41,271 nucleotides of DNA from Candidatus Brocadiia bacterium. Lineage in GTDB: Bacteria; Planctomycetota; Brocadiia; SM23-32. The notes beneath the pieces were generated by a model. The model saw only the letters and a program-made list of their open reading frames with translations, searched no databases and was not told the DNA's origin. Positions 9,129 through 16,373 of this stretch are shown one piece after another. The stretch spans positions 1-41,271 of the forward strand of contig JBKHIT010000044.1 in NCBI GenBank assembly GCA_046538485.1, in the 5' to 3' direction. The position numbers and the translations under genes are program-made. Position 1 is the first letter of the stretch. The number at the start of each line of letters is the position of its first letter.

Positions 9129-9383
9129 GCGGTGCTCCGTCCGCCTTCTGGCGGACTCCCCACCGCACTCCATAGCCGGCTGGCGCCGGCGGGGTTCAGA
9201 TATGGGCTGATATTTGTTGCATCCCGCGGCAAGCAACATTTTCAGGACCCCCGGGATGTCGGTGGAACCGGCGCGTGCGGTGTCCCGCGCGCCAACGGCG
9301 CGCTGTGGAGTGCGGTGTGTTAAAACGGGCCTCAGGCGCGTTTTACTCACCGCTGTGCTGTTCCGGAATGTGTCATACTTCAT
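9087..9383 (-). CDS. Putative repeat-encoded bridge ORF (98 aa)
   Basis: GGAGGGAG RBS; ATGA overlap with the upstream repeat ORF; stops 73 nt before the pilin ATG; translation unproven. Confidence 0.25.
   Translation of the reverse strand: MKYDTFRNSTAVSKTRLRPVLTHRTPQRAVGARDTARAGSTDIPGVLKMLLAAGCNKYQPISEPRRRQPAMECGGESARRRTEHRFHFCAVTKVVPAL
9126..9363 (+). repeat. Family A element A4 (long left REP, spacer Y)
   Basis: Left end nearly identical to A2; spacer nearly identical to A3. Confidence 0.92.
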
Positions 9384-9676
9384 ATCGCTCCCTCCACAAC
9401 GACAACGGATAACGACAAACGGCAACAACGAACGGCACAGCGGCGATGAATCGCCGCACTCCATAGCCGGCTTCGCCGGCGGGGTTCAGGCATAGGCTGA
9501 GTGTTGTTCCATCCTGCGGCGGTGATCATCTTCCGCAACGCCGGGATGTTGGCGGAACGGGTGCGTGCGGTGTCCCGCGCGCCAACGGCGCGCTGTGGAG
9601 TGCGGTGTGTTAAAACGGGCCTCAGGCGCGTTTTACTCACCGCTGTGCTGTTCTGTAATACGTCATCTCTCATCAT
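9380..9676 (-). CDS. Putative repeat-encoded bridge ORF (98 aa)
   Basis: GGAG-N7-ATG; ends in an ATGA overlap; translation unproven. Confidence 0.3.
   Translation of the reverse strand: MMRDDVLQNSTAVSKTRLRPVLTHRTPQRAVGARDTARTRSANIPALRKMITAAGWNNTQPMPEPRRRSRLWSAAIHRRCAVRCCRLSLSVVVVEGAI
9430..9653 (+). repeat. Family A element A5 (short left REP, spacer X)
   Basis: GCGGCGATGAATCGCCGC left hairpin; body nearly identical to A6. Confidence 0.92.
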
Positions 9677-9746
9677 CTCTCATCTCCACATCACTACCGA
9701 GTTCTCTTCCAATCCGTTACTCAGTTCACTCTTAACCGTCGTTCTC

Positions 9747-10367
9747 TTACCAATTTCCGATATCGTCGCCGAGATCATCGATATCGTCTTTCGTCGGGGG
9801 GGTGGCCATATTGACAACTTCATCCACCCCATCGTAACCGGCCGACCATATATCGATGGTGTTCGAATTGATATTAGATGCATCCCACGATCCTTCATCA
9901 TCGTTATTGTCGAATCGGAAACAATTGACCGTGCGGTCCTCTCGGAACGGATCGCGGTATTCTTCGTTCCCATCACCATCGCTGTCAAGGAGCCGGTCGG
10001 CCTGAAAATTGAAATAGGCATCGGCGTTTTTCGTGGCTCCCACTTCCGAGCCCGAAGGTGAAACGCGGAACGTGGTGCCGAGATAATAGACAATGGCCTC
10101 TTCTGAATCGTTCTCATCCACGGTCGCGTCGCCATCGAAATCATTATTCGGCGGGTACGCATTCCAATCCCGTTCGTAGGCGACAAACGCGGTTTCGAGT
10201 CCGCGGATTTCGGTTTTCGTCGCCCCTTTTTTCGCCGCGACGCGTGCGGCGTGGATGGCGGGCATCAGCATGGCGGCGAGTATACCGATGACGGCGATCA
10301 CAACGAGCATCTCCACGAGCGTGAACGCCCGGTGGGCGCGGCGACGGGTGATCTTTGGATTTTTCAT
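9747..10367 (-). CDS. GspG-like major (pseudo)pilin 1
   Basis: HRA|FTLVEMLVVIAVIGILAAMLMP; YERDWNAYPP; DIWSAGYDG...GDDIGNW. Confidence 0.9.
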   Translation of the reverse strand: MKNPKITRRRAHRAFTLVEMLVVIAVIGILAAMLMPAIHAARVAAKKGATKTEIRGLETAFVAYERDWNAYPPNNDFDGDATVDENDSEEAIVYYLGTTFRVSPSGSEVGATKNADAYFNFQADRLLDSDGDGNEEYRDPFREDRTVNCFRFDNNDDEGSWDASNINSNTIDIWSAGYDGVDEVVNMATPPTKDDIDDLGDDIGNW

Positions 10368-10368
10368 G

Positions 10369-11304
10369 TCAGTCTCCAGGGGGAAAAGTGAACGGAGTAA
10401 CGGGCCGGGGTAAGCTTTGAGTGAATTGAGTAACGGACTGGAGCTGGTTGCTGTTTGGTGCGGAGGTACCCTCCCACCGAGATAAACTCGGTGGTAAGGA
10501 AAACGCGCGCTGGAGTCCTTTTAGTGCAGAGGTATCCGCCCACCGAGACAAGCTCGGTGGTAGGGTCCGGCGGGTCCGGGGCGTCGAATCAGGCACTGAC
10601 TTTTTGCAGGCTACCGCTGACCCTGTGTCACCGGGGCTATCGTTCTGCATGAGGGACGCATTCTTCCGCAAAAAAGCTACCACTGACCTTGTGTCAGTGG
10701 AGCTGTACTTCTGCACTAAAGAGCCACACGCACCAAAAAGGTTACCACCGACCTTGTGTCGGTGGGACCGTACTTCGTGTGGGAAGCAAAACCTCCGGGG
10801 GGAGCGTTTTGGAATGCCATGCACTGGTGCCGGTTTCGATTTCCTTCGTACGCTCCCAAACGGGCGAGAAAAATCAAGATCATCGGTTGGTTCGGCTTTG
10901 TCTCTTGCGCGGGATCTGTTTTTGCAATGGCGCAGAAGTGAAATCGCTGCCCCCCATGGGGGTTTCCCGGGGGAAAGTGCGCCGGTTTTCATGGAACTTA
11001 TCTGCATCTGGATAGCTCCCTCCAGACCGACAACGGATAACGGCAAACGGCAACAACGAACGACATAGCGGCGAAGAATCGCCGCACTCCATAGCCGGCT
11101 TCGCCGGCGGGGTTCATGCATAGGCTGAGTGTTGTTCCATCCTGCGGCGGTGATCATCTTCCGCAACGCCGGGATGTTGGCGGAACGGGTGCGTGCGGTG
11201 TCCCGCGCGCCAACGGCGCGCTGTGGAGTGCGGTGTGTTAAAACGGGCCATTGGTGCGTTTTACTCACCGCTGTGTCGTTCTGTGATATGTCGTCTCTCA
11301 TCAT
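10369..11304 (-). CDS. Putative repeat-encoded bridge ORF (311 aa) across A6, E and B
   Basis: GGAG-N7-ATG at 11304; open for 936 bp through three repeat types; TGA 1 nt before the pilin ATG; translation unproven. Confidence 0.3.
   Translation of the reverse strand: MMRDDISQNDTAVSKTHQWPVLTHRTPQRAVGARDTARTRSANIPALRKMITAAGWNNTQPMHEPRRRSRLWSAAILRRYVVRCCRLPLSVVGLEGAIQMQISSMKTGALSPGKPPWGAAISLLRHCKNRSRARDKAEPTDDLDFSRPFGSVRRKSKPAPVHGIPKRSPRRFCFPHEVRSHRHKVGGNLFGACGSLVQKYSSTDTRSVVAFLRKNASLMQNDSPGDTGSAVACKKSVPDSTPRTRRTLPPSLSRWADTSALKGLQRAFSLPPSLSRWEGTSAPNSNQLQSVTQFTQSLPRPVTPFTFPPGD
10431..10840 (+). repeat. REP-like family B cluster, direct repeat copy 2
   Basis: Near-identical to 3665-4002, with one extra 66 bp REP unit and an intact last hairpin. 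Confidence 0.95.
10856..10943 (+). repeat. 88 bp linker repeat E, copy 2
   Basis: Similar to 9041-9128. Confidence 0.75.
11058..11281 (+). repeat. Family A element A6 (short left REP, spacer X)
   Basis: GAACGACATAGCGGCGAAGAATCGCCGCACTCCA ... TCACCGCTGTGTCGTTC. Confidence 0.92.
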
Positions 11305-11392
11305 CTCTGATCTCCACTTCACTTCCGACTAGCCACTACCGGTTCCGTCTTGACTCTCTCCAATCCGTTACTCAGTTCACTCTCAACTGTCG

Positions 11393-12658
11393 TTACGACA
11401 GCGAGGACATAATCGAGATGAGGGGCATGAAAAGTGCGATCACGATTCCACCGATAACCAGGCCGAGGCCGATAATCATGATTGGCTCCATCAGGCTCGA
11501 AAGTCCTTCCACCATGGTATCGACCTGTTCATCGTAGTCATCGGAAATACGAATAAGCATATCGTCGAGGTTACCGGTTTCCTCTCCGACATCGATCATA
11601 TTGACCACCATATCTTCGCAGACATTGGATTGTCCCAGGGGACGTGCGATCGGTTCACCTTCGCGGATGCTGTCATGGACATCGGTCAGCGCCGTGGACA
11701 ACACAACATTTCCCACGGTATCGCGCGTGATACTGAGAGCTTCAAGAATAGGAACACCACTGGTGATCAGTGTACCGAAGGTCCGGGTGAAGCGCGCGAC
11801 GGAACTTTTCCGGCTGAGGGTTCCGAAAATCGGGATATGAAACTTAACCCAATCGGTGGCATATCGACCGGCGCGGGAAGAGCGGATCAATTTATAGAGC
11901 ACGAAGATTCCGAAAGGGATAGCGGGTAAGAGGTACCAGTAGCTGGTCGCGAAGCTGGTCACCATCAGCAGAATTTGAGTTGGGAGAGGTTTTTCCACCC
12001 CGAGTTCCTCGAACATCTTCATAAACTCAGGGATAATAAAGATGATAAGCAGGGCGAGGATAACACTGGCGAACCCCAGGACGGCAACGGGGTAGATCAT
12101 GGCTCCGAGGACGCGGCGTTTGAGTCGTGCGGCTTTTTCGCGGAATTCGGCCAGCCGGGTCAACACCAGATCGAGCACACCGCCGGCTTCTCCGGCTTTC
12201 ACCATGTTGACGTAGAGTTCATCGAAGGCTTTGTTGTGCTGCGACATAGCTTCCGAGAGGCTGCTTCCTCCTTCGACATCTTCAGCGACCTCGACGAGAA
12301 TATTTTTCAGGGCACACGGGCGCATCTGTTCGTGGAGAATATTGAGACTTTGCACGACAGGAATACCCGCATCGGTCAGAGTCGCAAGCTGGCGTGTGAA
12401 AGTGTTAAGATCTTTGGCTCTTACCCCGCCGATGACAATCTGTTTTCTTTTTTTGGGCTTTCCCCGCGCTGCCGCGCCCTGGCCTTTACCGGATTCTTTT
12501 TTCTTTTTCTTCTTCCCCCCCCCGAGTTCTTTCACTCGCGTGGGGAAAAGTCCCATATCGCGGATCTGGGAGACCGCTTCATCCGTGTTACGTGCATCGA
12601 CTTCACGGCGAACCGTCTTTCCGTCGCTGTCCATCGCCTCACATTGGAATGTTGGCAT
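11393..12658 (-). CDS. pilC: Type IV pilus / T2SS inner membrane platform protein (PilC/GspF)
   Basis: FTRQLATLTDAGIP, MVKAGEAGGVLD, AMIYP, GEETGNLDDML, LMEP; GGAGG RBS before the ATG at 12658 (MPTF). Confidence 0.95.
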   Translation of the reverse strand: MPTFQCEAMDSDGKTVRREVDARNTDEAVSQIRDMGLFPTRVKELGGGKKKKKKESGKGQGAAARGKPKKRKQIVIGGVRAKDLNTFTRQLATLTDAGIPVVQSLNILHEQMRPCALKNILVEVAEDVEGGSSLSEAMSQHNKAFDELYVNMVKAGEAGGVLDLVLTRLAEFREKAARLKRRVLGAMIYPVAVLGFASVILALLIIFIIPEFMKMFEELGVEKPLPTQILLMVTSFATSYWYLLPAIPFGIFVLYKLIRSSRAGRYATDWVKFHIPIFGTLSRKSSVARFTRTFGTLITSGVPILEALSITRDTVGNVVLSTALTDVHDSIREGEPIARPLGQSNVCEDMVVNMIDVGEETGNLDDMLIRISDDYDEQVDTMVEGLSSLMEPIMIIGLGLVIGGIVIALFMPLISIMSSLS

Positions 12659-12770
12659 CTTTTGCACCTCCAGCCTAAATTGCCCGTAATACGTCCTTTC
12701 GCGCTATGACACCTGGTTTTCAAGACTTTTCTGTGTGCTAATTTTTAGGGCCGTTACGCCCACTATTTGT

Positions 12771-12799
12771 ATTATGCCGCCCGGAACTCCGTTTGTCAA
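12771..12799 (-). promoter_or_regulatory. Sigma70-type promoter for the pilC-pilin operon
   Basis: TTGACA-N17-CATAAT on the minus strand, about 110 nt upstream of pilC. Confidence 0.7.
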
Positions 12800-12999
12800 G
12801 ACTTTTTTTTGAGAAGAGTGTGCGCTGTCGGTCGTTGCGCTATTTGGCAGCGCTGGATTAGTTTGAGATTGCCGCCGATTCCCGAACGGAACAGGGCGCA
12901 AATTCCTCTGGTTTCCCCGGGGACCCTCTTTAAAGCTCGTTATGCAACTGACCACTTAGCGGCAAAGATTGTGTGTGCGCAGTCCCGCTTGTTGACCGC

Positions 13000-13205
13000 G
13001 TTCTGAACTCCAGCCCGCAGGAGCGGTTCTGAAGTCCAGTCCGCTCATGGGAAATGTAGACTTGAGTTCAACTGAGTTCGCCACCGGCGGGCGAAACTGG
13101 ACTTGAGGCGGACAATGGCTCAGACGTGTCAAGATGCGCGGGGATTCGACCGAATTGACCCGCGTGCTGAACTCCAGCCTACGGCTGAAGTGCAGTCCGC
13201 TCCTG
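13000..13205 (+). repeat. REP-like family C cluster
   Basis: TGAACTCCAGCC-N-(GG)CTGAAGT.CAGTCCGCTC twice plus GACTTGAGTTCA...TGGACTTGAGGCGGAC; inverted homolog at 40374-40521. Confidence 0.85.
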
Positions 13206-13278
13206 TGATAGGGCATTTCGGGAGCCTGTGGACCGGGTCGTCAGGCGCGGAAGGGGTTTATGCCGGGCTGAATGCCCG

Positions 13279-15006
13279 CTATTTTTCGGTTACGGTAGCT
13301 CGGGCGACTTCTTCGATTGTTGTTTTTCCATCGTAGACCGCCAGCAATCCGCTATCCCGCAGTGACCGCGCGCCATATTTTCTCGCGCAGGCCCTCAGTT
13401 CTCCGGTGGAAGCGCCTGTCATCATCAGTTCCCGCAGTTCATCATTCATCCGGACGATTTCGAACACGCCCAGTCGGCCTTTGTATCCAATATTATTGCA
13501 GACCTGGCAACCTCGCCCGCGGTAGAATTCTTTCCCCTCGACATCTTCCGGTTTCAGTCCGACCTGCAGAAGGTGTTCGGCGGAGGGTTCGTAGAGTTCT
13601 TTGCAGTTGGTGCAAATTTTTCGCACGAGTCTCTGGGCGATGATACCTTCGAGTGTAGCGTTGATGAGATAGGGTTCGAGTCCGAGGTCGATCAATCGCG
13701 TAATAGCGGTAGCGCCGTCATTAGTATGACTGGTGCTGAAGACGACGTGGCCGGTGAGCGAAGCCTGGACGGCGATTTGCGCGGTATCCAGGTCACGAAT
13801 CTCACCGATGAGAATGATATCAGGGTCCTGACGGAGGAAACGGCGCAGAGAGCCGGCGAACGTAACGCCGATATCATTTTTAATTTCCATCTGCATGATC
13901 CCCTCGATATCGTATTCGACGGGATCTTCGGCGGTCAGAATTTTGATGCCCACCTGATTGAGTTCACGCAGGATGGAATACAGAGTCGTGGTTTTACCGC
14001 AACCTGTCGGCCCGGTGCACAGGACGATGCCGTGGGGTTTATTGATAAGAGCCTGAACTTGTTCCATATCGTCGGTACGCAGACCGATTTTATCAAGATC
14101 GAGCGCCACCTGTCGTCGGTCGAGCACACGGCAGACGATACTTTCACCGAACATTGTGGGGAGTGTTGATATACGCAGGTCAACCGGGTTACCACTTATG
14201 TTCAGTTCGACACGGCCGTCCTGGGGGCGCCGGCGCTCGGCGATATTCATGCCGGACATAGCTTTAATACGGGTCGCGATAGCAACATGGAGATGTCGTG
14301 GGGGCGGGACCATTTCGTAGAGTACTCCGTCGACCCGGTATCGGATTTTGAACTCATCCTCGAAGGGCTCGAAATGAATGTCACTGGCTCGGTCCTGGAT
14401 CGCCTGGAGGAGCACGAGGTTCAGCAAACGACGCACCGGTGCGGATTCCGCCATTTCTTCGAGGCTTTGCAGGTCGATCGATTCACTTTCGTCCCTGCCT
14501 ATCTCTTCGACGTCCCCGAACTCATCACCGAGTTCTTCGAGGATTCCTTCGACATCTTCCTCGGCGCTGTAATAATTGTCCAGGGCCATATTAACGGCTT
14601 TTTCGTTGCTGGCGGCTCCGGCAATTTCGCAGTTGAGCAGAAACCGTAAATCATCGAGCGTTTTCAGGTTAGTTGGGTCAGCGAGGGCAACTGTCAGAAC
14701 CCCGTTTTCAAACCGGATGGGCACGATACGGTAAGAATGGGCGATAGCGGAGGAGACGCGGTTGATCACATCGCTCGGGATTTCGATTGCTTCCAGGTCA
14801 ACCACTTCCATGCCGCTCTGTTTGGCGAGAGCAGTTGTCAGATCGTATTCATCGATATAACCCAGCTGGACAAGGATGCCTCCGATGGCGCCCCCGCGGT
14901 CGTTTTGGACGGCGAGTGCTTCCTGGATCTGACTTTCGGTGACAAGATCCATATCTTTGAGGATTCGTCCCAGCAGTTTTTTCCGGTATTCTGCGCTTGG
15001 CCTCAT
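13279..15006 (-). CDS. pilB: Pilus extension ATPase PilB/GspE (copy 2)
   Basis: MshEN-like N-terminus, ASDIHFEP, GPTGCGKTTT, EDPVEY, LRQDPDIILIGEIRD, CxxC...CxxC; likely start MRPSAEY at 15006. Confidence 0.93.
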   Translation of the reverse strand: MRPSAEYRKKLLGRILKDMDLVTESQIQEALAVQNDRGGAIGGILVQLGYIDEYDLTTALAKQSGMEVVDLEAIEIPSDVINRVSSAIAHSYRIVPIRFENGVLTVALADPTNLKTLDDLRFLLNCEIAGAASNEKAVNMALDNYYSAEEDVEGILEELGDEFGDVEEIGRDESESIDLQSLEEMAESAPVRRLLNLVLLQAIQDRASDIHFEPFEDEFKIRYRVDGVLYEMVPPPRHLHVAIATRIKAMSGMNIAERRRPQDGRVELNISGNPVDLRISTLPTMFGESIVCRVLDRRQVALDLDKIGLRTDDMEQVQALINKPHGIVLCTGPTGCGKTTTLYSILRELNQVGIKILTAEDPVEYDIEGIMQMEIKNDIGVTFAGSLRRFLRQDPDIILIGEIRDLDTAQIAVQASLTGHVVFSTSHTNDGATAITRLIDLGLEPYLINATLEGIIAQRLVRKICTNCKELYEPSAEHLLQVGLKPEDVEGKEFYRGRGCQVCNNIGYKGRLGVFEIVRMNDELRELMMTGASTGELRACARKYGARSLRDSGLLAVYDGKTTIEEVARATVTEK

Positions 15007-15046
15007 TCTATTTCTTCCTTTGCGCGCCCGTTTTAACGTTGGGCTA

Positions 15047-16132
15047 TCATTTTTGCGGCTGTGTCGGCGTTTCAAGTTCTTTGAGACGGTTACTGGTATC
15101 ATCAACGTACCGGCATCGCCGCATAACTTCTGCGCGTTCGATAATACCCTGACTGTAGAGTTGTATCAAGGAATCATCAAGCAATTTCATTCCCCGGTCC
15201 CGGCTTGTCTGGATGGTCGAATCGATGCGGAACGTTTTATCTTCTCTGATTAAGTTCCGCACGGCATTGGTACATATAAGGATCTCGTAAGCGGCAACGA
15301 GACCCGACCCATCGGCGCGGGGCACGAGTGTTTGTGTCATAGCGGCCACAAGTGTCGATGCCAATTGTGTTCGCACCTGTTGCTGCTGCTCGGCCGGGAA
15401 CTGGTCTATGATCCTTTCGACCGTTTCTTGAGCGCTGTTTGTATGGATGGTTGAAAACACCAGGTGGCCGGTTTCGGCGGCGGCAATTGCGAGCCGGGTG
15501 CTTTCGAGGTCTCGCATCTCACCCACCAGTATGACGTCGGGTGCTTCTCGCAGGGCCCGCCGGAGAGCATCGCCGAAATCGGGCACGTCGGATCCCAGCT
15601 CACGCTGACTGACCACAGACTTTTTGTGATCGTGGCGATATTCAATAGGATCTTCGATGGTAATTATGTGAACCTTACGGTTTTTATTGATGTGGTCGAC
15701 CATGGTCGCCAGGGTGGTGGTTTTCCCACTCCCTGTCGGACCGGTTACCAGGACAAGCCCACGCGGCCGGTAGAGCAATTCCTGGATTTCGTCCCCCAGC
15801 CCGAGTTCTTCGAAAGTACGGATTCTCCACGGGATCAAACGCAGCACGACGCAGATTTTGCCTTGCTGGCGGAAGACGGCGACACGGAATCGAGCTTTTT
15901 GTTCGAAAGCGAAGCCGAAGTCGGTGGAGCCAACCTCCTGCAATTCCTGTTGTCTGTGTTCGGGCGTAATGCTTTTCATCAAAGCGACGGTATCTTCTTC
16001 CGACAGGACTTCCGTCGGCAAATCATGGAGATCGCCCTGCAATCGGAACACGGGGGGACGCCCGACGGTAAGAATAATATCTTCCGCCTCTTTTTTGATG
16101 GCGGCATTGAGAAGTTTTTCCATCTTTATCAT
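15047..16132 (-). CDS. pilT: Pilus retraction ATPase PilT
   Basis: GPTGSGKTTTLA, EDPIEY, ALREAPDVILVGEMRD, AETGHLVFST, AVRNLIRE (AIRNLIRE hallmark); GGGAG RBS before the ATG at 16132. Confidence 0.95.
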   Translation of the reverse strand: MIKMEKLLNAAIKKEAEDIILTVGRPPVFRLQGDLHDLPTEVLSEEDTVALMKSITPEHRQQELQEVGSTDFGFAFEQKARFRVAVFRQQGKICVVLRLIPWRIRTFEELGLGDEIQELLYRPRGLVLVTGPTGSGKTTTLATMVDHINKNRKVHIITIEDPIEYRHDHKKSVVSQRELGSDVPDFGDALRRALREAPDVILVGEMRDLESTRLAIAAAETGHLVFSTIHTNSAQETVERIIDQFPAEQQQQVRTQLASTLVAAMTQTLVPRADGSGLVAAYEILICTNAVRNLIREDKTFRIDSTIQTSRDRGMKLLDDSLIQLYSQGIIERAEVMRRCRYVDDTSNRLKELETPTQPQK

Positions 16133-16373
16133 AGAGATTTCTCCCGTTAAATCGGCGGCCACCGCCCCCGGATCATTCTTCGGGGAACAATTGCTTCTGC
16201 TGAGAGTCTCGACGGCGTTAGCAAATCCCGGATGTAAGCGGCGCAGACACTGGAGAGCAGGCGGGGGAACAGGTCTGTCTCATCCGAGCGGGAACCCTGT
16301 ATAAACCTGCGACTTTTGAGCGAGGCAGAGCGAGTTTCCGGACAGACACCTGAATAGTGCAGATCCACAATGA

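Larger units (their letters stand above)
10419..11382 (-). mobile_element. RAYT-less REP module (D - B - E - A - D), candidate non-autonomous counterpart of 3656-5160
   Basis: 25 bp inverted ends GAGTGAATTGAGTAACGGACTGGAG (10419-10443) and CTCCAATCCGTTACTCAGTTCACTC (11358-11382), 23/25 match. Confidence 0.55.

Noticed and set aside
3643..11068. Plus-strand ORFs over repeat modules (3643-4173, 8177-9112, 9501-10061, 10448-11068)
   Set aside because: Antisense to the operon, non-ATG starts without a consistent RBS; they do show the repeats are stop-poor, a caveat for the bridge-ORF finding.
4776..11281. Integron cassette array with attC sites
   Set aside because: Element ends have AAC...GTT but do not fit RYYYAAC/GTTRRRY; the elements are longer than typical attC; no tyrosine integrase in the window.
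3665..11382. CRISPR array
   Set aside because: Units are 200-400 bp with homologous, not unique, spacers; no regular short repeat-spacer period and no cas genes.
325..12658. Diversity-generating retroelement or shufflon acting on pilins
   Set aside because: No reverse transcriptase or site-specific recombinase; no adenine-specific template/variable repeat pair seen; all pilins are co-oriented.
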